The notes beneath the pieces were generated by a model. That model saw only the letters and a list, made by a program, of their open reading frames with translations, was not told the origin of the DNA and made no database searches. From IMG/VR virus record IMGVR_UViG_3300042691_042551, positions 8,691-72,690 of that record: a DNA stretch of 64,000 nt; one strand, given 5' to 3'. Position 1 is the stretch's first letter. Each line of letters starts with the position of its first letter. The position numbers and the translations under genes are program-made. This document shows positions 1 to 10,690 of this stretch, piece by piece. Source of the stretch: a virus.

Positions 1-1
1 T

Positions 2-490
2 GTAGAACGGGAAAATCGTGTAGCGAGGATGTATTTGAAGGGGGATTCAAAGCAGGTTTTGAAGAGTAAGCATTACATTGAGGCGCGGTATTTGTATCAG
101 GCGATGAATTATGATGTAGATTTGGATGCAAAGCAGATTTACACTGAAAAGTTGATGAACATAAACCGGCAGATTTCGAAAGTTGATGTTGTGGAGAGTA
201 CGTCAAAGTTTAATGAGTTGATAGGGATACGGGGGAAATTGGAGCAGCAGTTAAATGATTTGAATGAGAAGTTGATGAATCGGGTAATCAACAAGAGGGA
301 TTTGGGGGAAATGGTGTTAAGTGGTATTGAGGTGTTTTACCGTAGGGCTGAAAACAATAAGAAAGAGGATGAGTTGTTTAGAAATAAAAGGGATATGGCT
401 AGAAAGGATGCCAGGAGAATAGCAAAGGAAAAGGTTGAAGCGGAATTGGAAGGGATAATACGTAAAAACAAAAAGGATGAGTTGGTATAA
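2..490 (+). CDS. Hypothetical protein upstream of large terminase (possible small terminase); reading frame open to the window edge
   Basis: Frame is open from nt 2 through ATG 29 to 490; coiled-coil-like sequence; overlaps the terL start. Confidence 0.45.
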   Translation, partial: VERENRVARMYLKGDSKQVLKSKHYIEARYLYQAMNYDVDLDAKQIYTEKLMNINRQISKVDVVESTSKFNELIGIRGKLEQQLNDLNEKLMNRVINKRDLGEMVLSGIEVFYRRAENNKKEDELFRNKRDMARKDARRIAKEKVEAELEGIIRKNKKDELV

Positions 491-2375
491 TCCGCATGTA
501 GAATTAATGGAAAGTGGTTATGTTCAATCACTGGAAATTGGCAGTGAGGAATGGATTAACTACTGGTCTGAGCAGATTGAAAGGTGTTTGATAGGGTATT
601 ACTCTCCTCAAATGCCGGACATATACATTGAAGGTCGATATTACTTTGTGCTAAATTTTTGCAAGGCACTAAAAAAAGATGGGTGGACGTACCCGGAGTA
701 TCGAGATTACCAAAACGAGTATTTTGAATTTGTCGAAGATAACGATGAACTAGGCGTCAATAGCGGAATGAAAAAAGCTAGGCGCAAAGGGTTTTCGTTT
801 TTATCCCTTATGGGAATATTGTACTACGATATGATATTCTACAACGGTATCATAGATGGTTTGGCCGTGGGCGATGATGAAACATTGACTTCAATGAGGA
901 GCATGCTCTGGAATCACATAGAAAAAGTCGATCCATTCTTCTCTCTCACAGCAACGATCTGGAATAAGTCAATGATAAAGTTTGGCTGGGAAGAGGAAAC
1001 AGAGAGCAAACGAAAAAACAAATTTGGCACCGGTAACGAACTTAGAATGGAATTGTTCAGCAAAAACGTTGAATTATTTAAAGGTTTGATTATGAGGCAT
1101 GTGCTTTTTGAGGAAATTGGAAAGTTTGAAAAGCTGCGCATGACCTATAACGGCACTAAGGATTGTTTTAAAGACGGAGCAATAACATTTGGTACCGGAA
1201 TATTTGGGGGCACTGGCGGTAACGTGGAAAAGGGTTCTAAGGATTTTATGTACATGGTTAAAAACCCTCAGAACTTCAACCTTAAATGGATGTTTGTCAA
1301 GAGCACTAAAGGCATGGTTCCGTTTATTGATGAAAACGGAAAATCATTAGAAGAGCCGGTTCCAAGAGAATTAGCAGAAAAAGTAGCAAAACTTCATAAT
1401 ACCTCTGTCGATTTGGTGATGAAGGGAGCTCAAAAGTTTTGGGAAGAGCAAGAAGGATTGCTTATGTCGGCACCCGACAAAACCGAACTGTATGCGTTTT
1501 ACCAAGACAACCCAATGAAGGATGAACACATCTTTCTCAATAAAGGTTCGGGTGTTTTTAATCAGGTTTTAATAGATCATCAGTACAACAAATTAATGGA
1601 TTTTTCATTGTATGAAGGTTCTATACGCGGTTCGTGGAAACTGGTTTCTAACTGGAAAGACATTTACATAAACAACGGTTATGATTGGTGTCCTGAATGT
1701 GTTGAATTTGTCGAAAATGATGATGGCCCGGTTATAATGTGGGCCAGACCAAATTTAAAAGGAACAGATATTTTTGGACTTGACCCCTATGGTCAGGAAG
1801 AAACAGTTACGTCCGATTCAATTGGTGTTTTATACGGATTTCGATTAAAAACAGCTTCTACGCAAAGGGATAATAGAATTATTCTAAAGTATGCAGACAG
1901 GCCGGCAAACGTAAAAGACTTTCATTATCAAGTATTGTTTTCTTTGATAGGTTATGATGCCCTTGTAGATGCTGAATCAAATGCGGCCGGTGAGTTTTTT
2001 GCATTTATGGAATTGATGAAAGCCACTAAATACCTGAAGCCAGCGCCAAAAGAGTATGATGAATTTGAAACAAAAGCCAAAAACAAATATGGCAGAAGGA
2101 TGTCTCCACCGGTAAAAAAGATACTCATAGGCAAAACAGCAGAATACATTAACGAGCAAATATCGGATGTGCCCGATCCGGCACTGTTAAACGACTGGAA
2201 ATACTTTGGAAGCCAAAACACTGACCATGCAATGGCGTTTGGAATGTGTCTTTTATTTGCTGACGAGCATTACTCGATTGATGGGGTACACATGAGCGAC
2301 CAAGAAGAAGAGCCGGAAAGCTCGTTAATAACCTACAAAAAGATTAATGGACAAATAGTTGCAATTTTAGGTTGA
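477..2375 (+). CDS. terL: Terminase large subunit (crAss-like)
   Basis: Walker A-like KARRKGFS, Walker B FEEIG, GGTGG motif, nuclease GLDPY...DS; directly upstream of the portal gene. Confidence 0.92.
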   Translation: MSWYNPHVELMESGYVQSLEIGSEEWINYWSEQIERCLIGYYSPQMPDIYIEGRYYFVLNFCKALKKDGWTYPEYRDYQNEYFEFVEDNDELGVNSGMKKARRKGFSFLSLMGILYYDMIFYNGIIDGLAVGDDETLTSMRSMLWNHIEKVDPFFSLTATIWNKSMIKFGWEEETESKRKNKFGTGNELRMELFSKNVELFKGLIMRHVLFEEIGKFEKLRMTYNGTKDCFKDGAITFGTGIFGGTGGNVEKGSKDFMYMVKNPQNFNLKWMFVKSTKGMVPFIDENGKSLEEPVPRELAEKVAKLHNTSVDLVMKGAQKFWEEQEGLLMSAPDKTELYAFYQDNPMKDEHIFLNKGSGVFNQVLIDHQYNKLMDFSLYEGSIRGSWKLVSNWKDIYINNGYDWCPECVEFVENDDGPVIMWARPNLKGTDIFGLDPYGQEETVTSDSIGVLYGFRLKTASTQRDNRIILKYADRPANVKDFHYQVLFSLIGYDALVDAESNAAGEFFAFMELMKATKYLKPAPKEYDEFETKAKNKYGRRMSPPVKKILIGKTAEYINEQISDVPDPALLNDWKYFGSQNTDHAMAFGMCLLFADEHYSIDGVHMSDQEEEPESSLITYKKINGQIVAILG

Positions 2376-2383
2376 TAATTTAT

Positions 2384-2391
2384 TATTTTTG
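2384..2391 (+). promoter_or_regulatory. Bacteroidota sigma70 -7 box (TATTTTTG) upstream of portal
   Basis: Matches TAnnTTTG; lies in the 15-mer TTTATTATTTTTGAA (2379-2393), which recurs at 41501-41515. Confidence 0.6.
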
Positions 2392-2396
2392 AAAAC

Positions 2397-4607
2397 ATGT
2401 ATGTAAGAGACATTGAAAAAGAAAACAGGGAGCCATTGTCATCAAAGTATAATGTTTATGAAGCTCCATATACAAAAAGCAAAAAAGTAATTGGCGAGTG
2501 GGGTTATTATGTAACTACAACAATTATGGACATGGACAAAAACTATGTTCGTACATTTGGGAAGATTGATTCTGACACACCAATTATTGCTAACCCTTTA
2601 GTTTCTTTTATTCAACGGTTAACATCGTTTTATGACAATACGTGGTCCGGTGGAAGTCTTGACTACATGAACAAACTGTATGGAAACGATCAGGTTTTGC
2701 CAACACGGTTTATAAACTATCCGCTTATGCGCGGAAAAATTGAATGGCTTGTTGGCCGATTTGAAGGTGCGCCTATTGACATGCACATGGGAGCCATTGA
2801 TGAAAAGTCGGTAGAAGACAAAGTAAACAAAGCTACACAAAAGCTTTTTTTAAAGCTTATGCTTCCATTTATTGAGAACCTTGAGCAGATTACCAAAATT
2901 GAACTTGAACCGGACAAGACAATACCGGAAGACATTGATAAGTGGTCACGGATAACCTATAAGCAGGCGCATGAAATAATTATGAGCAAGTTGACTGAGT
3001 ATAATTTTAAAAAATACTCATGGATGAATGAGCTTACTAAAGGTTTTCGAGACACAGCCTTATATGGTTTTTCTTTTTTAAGCCATGTTCCAATTAATGA
3101 TGAAGACATAAAGCTAAGGAAACCAAATCTTAATAACGTAGTATTTGATTGGGGTTGCGAAAATGATTATGGCGAAGATGCCATGTATTATGGCGAAAGA
3201 AGGTACATGACTTTATCTGAAATTCAAAGAGAATTTGTTGTTGAAAAACAGTACCTAGATGAAATCAGAAAAGAAGTTTTTCGGTCAGAAGGAGTTACTA
3301 CCGATCCGTATACGCTTACTCATGGTTTTACCACCGAAATAGAAGTTATTGATTTGCTTCATAAAGCTTCAACCATTAAGAAGGTGAAAAAGACTCCAAA
3401 CAAATACATCCCGGGAAAATACATTTACAAGATACTGGCCGAAGGTGAAGAAATACCTGAATCAAAACTTAAAAAAGAAGGTTCACAAATAGTTGAAATT
3501 GAAAAATTTGATTGGTACCGCAGTGTTTTAGTGGCGAATAAGGTTGTAGTTAAATGCGAACCGGTGTATTCTCCAAGAAAAGACGAGCAATTAACCGATG
3601 TTGTCCAGCCATTTACAGCATTTCTATACAATCGAATTAACAGTTATAAGCCAAACGGCTTTGGCGAACTAATGGAAGCAGCCCAAGAACTGTTTAATGC
3701 ATGCATGGCTTTGCTAGAACTTGAACTTGCCACTTCTCCAGGAAACGTAGTTGAGTACGATACGCGATTTAAGCCAAAAAACGTACCATTGACTAACGTA
3801 TTCTATCACATGAGAGCGAACAAGTTAATTCAGGTAGACAGATCAAAAGCCGGTTCAAATGCCGGCACAATGTTTAATCAGGTTAACCTAACTCCAAACG
3901 GGGCAACGATTTACTTAAATGTTGCCATGTACGTAGAAAATTTTATGGATCGGTTAACCGGTATAAGCAGTTTAGCTCAGGGAAATGTACCACAAGATAC
4001 TTTTGTTGGAACGCTGCAAACCGCTATTGAGCAATCCAATTTTATAACAAAACCGCTATACACATTTTACAGAGAAGGTATAAGAAAGACTTTTAAAAAT
4101 TGCTCTTGCTACATTAAGGAAATGAACAAGGGCAAAAAGAGAAGACTTGCTCTTGTAGCTCCCGATGCCGCAATACAATATTTTGCAATAGAAGGAGATA
4201 TTGCTTTTTCTGATTATGATTTCTTTTACAATGACGGGATGGAAGATGAGCAAAAACGACAAATGCTTATTAATCTCGGTCAAAATGGATTGTCGGCCGG
4301 AACCGTTACCTTTAAAACTTTGAAAGATTTGATTATGACTAAAAACATAACCGAAGTATCGGTTATGATTGATCAAGAACTTGAGAAGTTTGAACAACGT
4401 CAGCAACAAATGCAGCAAATTCAACAACAGTTGGAAAATGCAAAAATGATGCAACCGCAAGAACTTGCTAGACTTAAAGGCGAAATTGAAATGCTTATTA
4501 AACAGCAAGTCGGCCAGACAAATAAAGAAGTTGCTCAAATTTATGCTCAGGAAAAAATGAAGGACAGAATCCTAGAGCACGAGTTGAAAAAAGGAGAAAA
4601 TTTGTAA
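2397..4607 (+). CDS. Portal protein
   Basis: 736 aa between terL and scaffold/MCP; NYPLMRGKIEWLVG and DRLTGIS...QG segments; Q-rich C-terminal coiled coil typical of podovirus/crAss portals. Confidence 0.88.
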   Translation: MYVRDIEKENREPLSSKYNVYEAPYTKSKKVIGEWGYYVTTTIMDMDKNYVRTFGKIDSDTPIIANPLVSFIQRLTSFYDNTWSGGSLDYMNKLYGNDQVLPTRFINYPLMRGKIEWLVGRFEGAPIDMHMGAIDEKSVEDKVNKATQKLFLKLMLPFIENLEQITKIELEPDKTIPEDIDKWSRITYKQAHEIIMSKLTEYNFKKYSWMNELTKGFRDTALYGFSFLSHVPINDEDIKLRKPNLNNVVFDWGCENDYGEDAMYYGERRYMTLSEIQREFVVEKQYLDEIRKEVFRSEGVTTDPYTLTHGFTTEIEVIDLLHKASTIKKVKKTPNKYIPGKYIYKILAEGEEIPESKLKKEGSQIVEIEKFDWYRSVLVANKVVVKCEPVYSPRKDEQLTDVVQPFTAFLYNRINSYKPNGFGELMEAAQELFNACMALLELELATSPGNVVEYDTRFKPKNVPLTNVFYHMRANKLIQVDRSKAGSNAGTMFNQVNLTPNGATIYLNVAMYVENFMDRLTGISSLAQGNVPQDTFVGTLQTAIEQSNFITKPLYTFYREGIRKTFKNCSCYIKEMNKGKKRRLALVAPDAAIQYFAIEGDIAFSDYDFFYNDGMEDEQKRQMLINLGQNGLSAGTVTFKTLKDLIMTKNITEVSVMIDQELEKFEQRQQQMQQIQQQLENAKMMQPQELARLKGEIEMLIKQQVGQTNKEVAQIYAQEKMKDRILEHELKKGENL

Positions 4608-4621
4608 TTCATATTTTTTTA

Positions 4622-4629
4622 TAACTTTG
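4622..4629 (+). promoter_or_regulatory. TAnnTTTG -7 box (TAACTTTG) upstream of scaffold/MCP
   Basis: Intergenic consensus match 15 nt before ATG 4645. Confidence 0.6.
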
Positions 4630-4644
4630 TAAAAACAAAATGTT

Positions 4645-5796
4645 ATGACCGACACAACAGATTTCGAAGAAGATTTTGGTGGAGAAGACACCAAAAATTT
4701 ATTTAACAACGATGATGGATCAGCAGCCGCATCACAAAGCAATGATTTTTCTGATGATTACATCCCTGATGAAAGATCAGAATTTCCGGATGGCATTGCT
4801 CCATTTGGCGTAGACGATACTGGAAAACCTATTATTCCTGGAAACGAAACCGAAGCTGACAAAAACAACAAAAACGAAAACACAGTTGAATTGGATGAAA
4901 ACGGTAATCCGATTGAAAAGCAAAAGCCAAGCAATCAAAAAAATGATGAAGAGGTAAGTGACGAGGAGTTAGAAAAAATTGCCAGTGGAATAGTTGATGG
5001 CAAAAAACCGCAACTGCCAGAAATAACCGTTAATTCGATTGCTACCGAACTAGGTTTAAAAGCCGAAACCGGAAAAGAAATTACTCTTGAACAAATCAAT
5101 TCTGAAATCAAGCGTTTAAAAGAAATAAACACTGAGGAAGAAGACGAGATTAAAGAGTTTAAGCGATACAAAATTGCTAATCCGGAAGCGACATTGCAAT
5201 CATTTGCTGAAGAACTGATTTCACCTGCCTCAAAGTTATTAAACTTAGGTAACGAAGCCGTGTATGCAGCATATTTAAAATCAAAAGATCCGTCAATGAC
5301 TGACGATGCAATTCGTTATGAGGTTGAACTTGCTGTAAAAGACGGAACACTGGAAGAGAAAGTAAAAGAACCGGTGTCTATTCTTCAGCAGCGTGATTTA
5401 TCGCACAAGTCGGCCATTAATCAAAAAAAGCAAGACAAAATTAACGAGTACAACCAAACCGTCCTAAAAAACAGACAGCAAATGCTTTCTTCATTAAAAG
5501 AAAAGCCGGAAGTTTTTGAGGGCATGTTTAAATTGAAAAATTCAGATATCAAGGCTATATTAGAATCATCAGCTTCGGCAAGTGTAGAACAGGCGATCAA
5601 AGATCACCGTACATACGCAGAAGTTGCTTATTTTTTGAAAAACCGTTCCGAAATTATCAAAGTAATCAAAGACAATGGCTTTGAAGATGGTAAAGGTATG
5701 GTAATCGAGAAAATGGCCAACGATAAACCAAATATACCAAGGCGAAGCTCCGCGCCTAGGGACCAGTTTAATATAACTGAGGATGAATGGGGCTAA
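4645..5796 (+). CDS. Putative capsid scaffolding/assembly protein
   Basis: Very acidic disordered N-terminus then helical region; between portal and MCP as in crAss-like phages. Confidence 0.65.
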   Translation: MTDTTDFEEDFGGEDTKNLFNNDDGSAAASQSNDFSDDYIPDERSEFPDGIAPFGVDDTGKPIIPGNETEADKNNKNENTVELDENGNPIEKQKPSNQKNDEEVSDEELEKIASGIVDGKKPQLPEITVNSIATELGLKAETGKEITLEQINSEIKRLKEINTEEEDEIKEFKRYKIANPEATLQSFAEELISPASKLLNLGNEAVYAAYLKSKDPSMTDDAIRYEVELAVKDGTLEEKVKEPVSILQQRDLSHKSAINQKKQDKINEYNQTVLKNRQQMLSSLKEKPEVFEGMFKLKNSDIKAILESSASASVEQAIKDHRTYAEVAYFLKNRSEIIKVIKDNGFEDGKGMVIEKMANDKPNIPRRSSAPRDQFNITEDEWG

Positions 5797-5822
5797 TCAT
5801 CAACCAATAAAAAAAATTTCTC

Positions 5823-7226
5823 ATGATACAAGTAACCAAAGGAAAGTATGGCAAAGCTAATATTCGCCAAAATGCTTTAGTAGAAAACGCACTTGAAAAG
5901 CCTGCTGTTTACAGCACAATGATGCGTATTCGTTCACAATACGGTTTTACCTACCTAACAGAAGGTACCGGCCGTGTTAAAATGTTTGACACTCAGCAAA
6001 CTGAGTGGGGCAACAACAAAATCGAATGGTTTTTAAAAGCTCCGGGTGAGCGCCCAGCTACAGTTGCAGGTGCAATCGTTGCCGGTTCGGGAACATTCAA
6101 GTTTACTCTCCCTGTAAACGAAGGACACCTGAACAAAAACGAAGTAGTACGTTTTGAAAACGGATACCTTGCTATGATTATGTCAGAAGCACAAGGTTCT
6201 GGACCATATTACTACAATTTTGAAATCATCAATGTTGATGAAGCAACCACAAACCGACTCACTGTAACCAGTGCAGACATTCCGGCCGGTTCTCAAATCA
6301 GCATTTACTCAAATCTTTACGAAGAAAAATCACGCGAATCAGCCGGCACTGTTAGCTATCCTGATAAATACGCTCAATACCTGTCTATTCACAGACGCGG
6401 TTTGACTATTTCCGGATCAGCTCTTGCCAACGTAGCTTGGGTAACTAACACAAAAGGTACTCAGTCGTTGTGGTATTTCGAAAGCGAAGATGAAGTTGAA
6501 AAACAAATGCTTTCTCACATGGATCGCTGGCGTTTATACGGCCGTAATACAATCGGTCCTGATGGAAAACCGTTCTTAAGCCTTGGTGGTAAACCAATTT
6601 GGGCTGGTGACGGACTTTTTGCACAAATCGAAGGTATAAATGACTGGTCATTCTCGGATGATTCAGCTATTAACCGTAACAACCTTGCTGATTACATCAG
6701 CCACCTTGCAACCAAAGCAAATGACTTTGATGGCAACGAATGGGTTGTAATGACCGGTTCTCGTGGTGCAGTATTGTTCCATAAGTATTTTGAAAGCTCG
6801 GTTATCGAAAACGGTAACACTACCTACAACATCCAAACCGGAAAACCAATTACAATGGGTGGTAACTTTACCAGCTATCAAATTGGAACAAACAAAATCC
6901 GTTTGGTTCGCGCAGCAGTATTTGATGATGAAAACATACACTCAAAACGTGATGCTAATGGCTACTTGATGGAATCAAGCCGTATGGTATTCATGAATAT
7001 GGGTAAAATTGACAATGAGTCAAACATCATGATTGCTGTTCGTAAATCCGCATACGGAAATCGCGGCCTGATTAAAAAGTACATCCCAGGAATGGTTGAT
7101 CCATTCAACATTAAAATGGGAGCTACTGCAATGAATTCAGGTGACGGATTTGACGTAGAATGGTTGAGCGAATCAGGTGTTGTGGTTAAAAATCCATTTG
7201 CTTGCGGTCAGTGGATGCGTAAGTAA
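5823..7226 (+). CDS. Major capsid protein
   Basis: 467 aa; gene order; GDGLFAQIE and VMTGSRG segments; highly expressed codon usage; followed by a strong terminator. Confidence 0.88.
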   Translation: MIQVTKGKYGKANIRQNALVENALEKPAVYSTMMRIRSQYGFTYLTEGTGRVKMFDTQQTEWGNNKIEWFLKAPGERPATVAGAIVAGSGTFKFTLPVNEGHLNKNEVVRFENGYLAMIMSEAQGSGPYYYNFEIINVDEATTNRLTVTSADIPAGSQISIYSNLYEEKSRESAGTVSYPDKYAQYLSIHRRGLTISGSALANVAWVTNTKGTQSLWYFESEDEVEKQMLSHMDRWRLYGRNTIGPDGKPFLSLGGKPIWAGDGLFAQIEGINDWSFSDDSAINRNNLADYISHLATKANDFDGNEWVVMTGSRGAVLFHKYFESSVIENGNTTYNIQTGKPITMGGNFTSYQIGTNKIRLVRAAVFDDENIHSKRDANGYLMESSRMVFMNMGKIDNESNIMIAVRKSAYGNRGLIKKYIPGMVDPFNIKMGATAMNSGDGFDVEWLSESGVVVKNPFACGQWMRK

Positions 7227-7273
7227 TAGAAAAGACTACAAGCCGTTGCTGATTGGCTTGTCGGTCAAAACAC

Positions 7274-7304
7274 AAAGGGGGGCTTCGGCCCCTTTTTGTT
7301 TTTT
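7274..7304 (+). terminator. Rho-independent terminator after MCP
   Basis: GGGGC-TTCG-GCCCC stem with UUCG tetraloop, followed by TTTTTGTTTTTT. Confidence 0.9.
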
Positions 7305-7315
7305 ACAATAAATCA

Positions 7316-7323
7316 TATATTTG
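7316..7323 (+). promoter_or_regulatory. TAnnTTTG -7 box (TATATTTG)
   Basis: Directly after the terminator, 21 nt before ATG 7345. Confidence 0.6.
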
Positions 7324-7344
7324 TGTACTAATAAAAAACAGTTT

Positions 7345-8187
7345 ATGGCCGTACAGCAAAAAAAACAAGATCCTGAATCAGTAAGAATACAGGACCTTTC
7401 TATTCCAGACAAAGAATACCCAATTACAGCAAAAAAGGTAATTGACAGGTCTAAGTCAGTTGTAAAAATTTATGATTTTATCGGGCCGGATGGCAAGGTA
7501 AAAGAAAAAGAACTGAAAGCACTTGGTAAAGTCAAGCTTGAGTACTTAAAAAACAAGCGTAAATTCAATCAGCAGCGTTTTTCATCTTACTATGATCCTG
7601 ACAGAAATTTTGTTTGGGGTTCTTATTTAGATGCAGAAAAAACCGAACTCCGTTCGTATCTAATTGACAAAACAGAAAAAACACTTGATTTATCAAAAGA
7701 AACTGATTACAAAATGTTTTTGGCGTTCATGACTGAGCCATTTGTTATGGGTTCGCTTAATCAAAGGGATGTTGCAATCTGGAAAGTAATTTGCATCACA
7801 GAAAAAGCAAAAGAAGACTACGAAAAATCGGACAACATAATTACTGCCACAAGTGCACTTCGCGATTTGACTGATGTTCAGATTAAAAACCTGGGCATTG
7901 TTCTTGGTTTGATAGCTTTTGAATCAATGGACAAAAAAGAGCAAATCACTATGCTGGCTAAAATTGCCGTAGAAAACCCTGAATCTATCCTTAAAGCAAT
8001 CAAAAACGAAGATGCTGAGATTATCCTACTACTTGATCAGGCAAAACGCTCTGGAGTAATTGTAGAAGATGCTGGCATATTCAAATATGAGCGATATGAG
8101 CTCGGAACTACATCGGAGCAAGCTATCCGCTTTTTGAAAAAGAATGAGAACGTAGCAAACCTAATCCGAAGCGAAATAACCGAATAA
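7345..8187 (+). CDS. Conserved crAss-like protein downstream of MCP
   Basis: Gene order; ATG 7345 preferred over TTG 7321, which overlaps the promoter box. Confidence 0.6.
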   Translation: MAVQQKKQDPESVRIQDLSIPDKEYPITAKKVIDRSKSVVKIYDFIGPDGKVKEKELKALGKVKLEYLKNKRKFNQQRFSSYYDPDRNFVWGSYLDAEKTELRSYLIDKTEKTLDLSKETDYKMFLAFMTEPFVMGSLNQRDVAIWKVICITEKAKEDYEKSDNIITATSALRDLTDVQIKNLGIVLGLIAFESMDKKEQITMLAKIAVENPESILKAIKNEDAEIILLLDQAKRSGVIVEDAGIFKYERYELGTTSEQAIRFLKKNENVANLIRSEITE

Positions 8188-8190
8188 GAC

Positions 8191-8826
8191 ATGACAACCC
8201 TCGAAATGATAAACCAGTTTAATACACTGAAGGATCTTTATCAAGCACCATACTATGATAATGACGATATCATTTTGTTTTTAAACCGGGCTATTGAGTC
8301 GAGGGTTGATTCATATTATCCGCGAGAAAACGAACCTACTTTGGAAGGTTCATTTGGTCAATCACAGCGTTCCTTAGACGGAATACATACTTTAATTAAA
8401 TCGACCACAACGGGTTTAAATGCTGGCGGAACAGAATTTCACAAAAGGGCAAAGGCATACGTTGAATTACCAGAAGATTACAGGCATTTTGAAACAATTG
8501 AAATAGACTTCCCACCATACCCTAAAAAAATAACGGTAAAAGGTTTTGATGAAATTAATCAGGTTTTTGCTGATCCGTTTAGCACCCCGAACAATAGTTC
8601 AAATGTTTACCTAGTTTGGCATGCAGGCAAAATTTTAATTTTTTCTCAAACGGTTCCTGCGGAAATCAATTTGATTTATTGTAAGAATCCGGAAATCATA
8701 TCATTAAGTCAAGATTGTGATTTGCCTATTCTTGAGCATAGAAATGTTGTTGAGATTGCCGTAAAAATGGCAATAGGCATAGCAGAAGAAACAGATAGAG
8801 CAAAACTTACACCTTTGATTAAATAA
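8191..8826 (+). CDS. Tail ring/adaptor protein
   Basis: About 210 aa; FLNRA, LPEDYRH and CDLP..EH..VVEIAV motifs typical of crAss ring proteins. Confidence 0.7.
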   Translation: MTTLEMINQFNTLKDLYQAPYYDNDDIILFLNRAIESRVDSYYPRENEPTLEGSFGQSQRSLDGIHTLIKSTTTGLNAGGTEFHKRAKAYVELPEDYRHFETIEIDFPPYPKKITVKGFDEINQVFADPFSTPNNSSNVYLVWHAGKILIFSQTVPAEINLIYCKNPEIISLSQDCDLPILEHRNVVEIAVKMAIGIAEETDRAKLTPLIK

Positions 8827-9488
8827 TGAACCTAACACTCGAAAAAATACGTCAAACGTTCATAAATACCTATCAAGCTGGGTATGATAAAGAAGACAGA
8901 AAGCTTCAGAACAATTTTATTGATGAATTGATATATCAGGCCCGCGCAGCATTAATTCAAAATGATGCTAAATACCATGAACAGTGCTTGCAAAGAAAGG
9001 TTTATGATATTACCAAAATTGCCGAACCTAACAGCATATACTACACAACTCCAATTGAAACCATAAACCAAACCCGAAATGGCGCTGGCATATTCATTGT
9101 AAAGCCAATATCATCTTCTAAAAGAGCTGAGGTTCCATTTGAGTTAATGACAATAATCAAGTTTTTTCAGGCTAAATACGACCGTATAACTAAAAACAAG
9201 ACTAAGGTGGCAATATCAGGCAACACTATGTTTTTGAGGTTTCCGCCATTGTATGCAGATGTTAAGCAAATCGAGGTTCACGCAATATTTTACAATCCGT
9301 TTGCGGTAATTGACTTTTCAGAATCATCACCATTTCCATTTTCTTCTGGCAACATATCTGTATTGATTGAAACAATGTACAATATTTACTTGCAAAAAAT
9401 ATCGCAGTCAAATGATACACGAAACGACTCTGCTGAAAAAATTAAAAGTTTGCCAGAAGTTCCACAAAGACAGCAACAGCAAGAGTAG
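8826..9488 (+). CDS. Tail ring protein
   Basis: IYQARAALI, AIFYNP and SPFPFS segments; size and gene order. Confidence 0.62.
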   Translation: MNLTLEKIRQTFINTYQAGYDKEDRKLQNNFIDELIYQARAALIQNDAKYHEQCLQRKVYDITKIAEPNSIYYTTPIETINQTRNGAGIFIVKPISSSKRAEVPFELMTIIKFFQAKYDRITKNKTKVAISGNTMFLRFPPLYADVKQIEVHAIFYNPFAVIDFSESSPFPFSSGNISVLIETMYNIYLQKISQSNDTRNDSAEKIKSLPEVPQRQQQQE

Positions 9489-9510
9489 GTTTTTTGAAAC
9501 TGCTGTTTTA

Positions 9511-10044
9511 ATGTATTTTGGTAGAAAGTCCAAGAATATTGAAATAAAAGAATACTGCACTGCAGTAACCAATAAAGAGCTTTATCAGATACTTAAAGCC
9601 AACAATCCAAAAATCTTAAAAAAGAACGGCAAGCTAATTACCTATGCCGAATTTAACCGGCACATAAACCAGTACATATCTGTTGTAAAAGACAGTGTTG
9701 TTTCTGGCTATCCAATGATGCTTCCTTATTTTGGAGCTATTGGAATGGCCATGGAAGAAGTTAAAAAAACAGTTCCCAAAACAAAAACATTGCCCTGGAA
9801 AAACAGAAAGTTTGTTTTGGTGCCTAGACCAATAGTAATGCACACAGATTACGCAACAAACAGGCAAATATCCCCTTTAATTAACACGCTAGGCTTTTCT
9901 ATAAAATTTAAGAATATTAACGAAAACGAAATAATTAATCGATATTTGAAAGACAAATCTGTATTTAATTTAACCGGTCCGTACATGTATCGATACGCAA
10001 GAAGAATAAAAAATGGAACTTACACAGAAAATATCGCTTCCTGA
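9511..10044 (+). CDS. HU/IHF-like basic DNA-binding protein
   Basis: Basic; VVSGYPMMLPYFGAI resembles the HU G..V.L..FG.F pattern; same locus as crAss IHF-like genes; ATG 9511 avoids a large overlap. Confidence 0.5.
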   Translation: MYFGRKSKNIEIKEYCTAVTNKELYQILKANNPKILKKNGKLITYAEFNRHINQYISVVKDSVVSGYPMMLPYFGAIGMAMEEVKKTVPKTKTLPWKNRKFVLVPRPIVMHTDYATNRQISPLINTLGFSIKFKNINENEIINRYLKDKSVFNLTGPYMYRYARRIKNGTYTENIAS

Positions 10045-10690
10045 GGCTATTTATTTAGCTTTTGATGAAATGAATGAGCAAAGGTTTATAACCTATTTGC
10101 GGTACGCTCAAAGAGCAATAGAAAACTTTGGTGTTTATCCAATACTTGTTACAAAAGAAGAGAAACACACAATTAAACAAGGTCGATTTACTCCAATACC
10201 GGATTATTTTTACATTCGATCTGTTTCTGTAAATGGAATAAAGGCCATTATCTCAAACGAGCAATCATCAATACAAGGTCTTGGCTATCCATCATCACAG
10301 AGAGAGTATTTGTACACTGTAGAAGATGGAAACGTGCTTTTTGAAAAACAGGCAAGAGAGTTTTTAGAAAACCAGCAAGCCGATGTTGATTACCGTGTAT
10401 TTGATAGAAATAGCGAAGGAGACATATTGGTACCTATCCAAATGCAAGAATGCATTATATGGTTTATTCGAAAAGAAGAAGCCTATAAACGGTACATGGC
10501 ATCCAATGGCCGAGAAGGAAGAGGTTTGTACAACGATAGCAACAGCCAATGGTTAATATCACGTACTGAAGCGCTAAATGATATAGAAACGCCATCAGAG
10601 GATGAAATTGCTTTGATATCAATGATTTGGAAAACAAAAAGTCCATTAAACTATGGACGAGGCTATCGAGATTTTAATAAGATTCACTAA
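10013..10690 (+). CDS. Tail ring/tubular protein (P22 gp4-like)
   Basis: Immediately upstream of the muzzle gene; EGDILVP...ECIIWFI and QWLISRTEA segments. Confidence 0.65.
   Translation: MELTQKISLPEAIYLAFDEMNEQRFITYLRYAQRAIENFGVYPILVTKEEKHTIKQGRFTPIPDYFYIRSVSVNGIKAIISNEQSSIQGLGYPSSQREYLYTVEDGNVLFEKQAREFLENQQADVDYRVFDRNSEGDILVPIQMQECIIWFIRKEEAYKRYMASNGREGRGLYNDSNSQWLISRTEALNDIETPSEDEIALISMIWKTKSPLNYGRGYRDFNKIH

Noticed and set aside
7237-7262. Extra hairpin (ACAAGCC...GGCTTGT) before the MCP terminator as an ncRNA or tRNA
   Set aside because: Single short stem with no cloverleaf; more likely 3'-UTR structure
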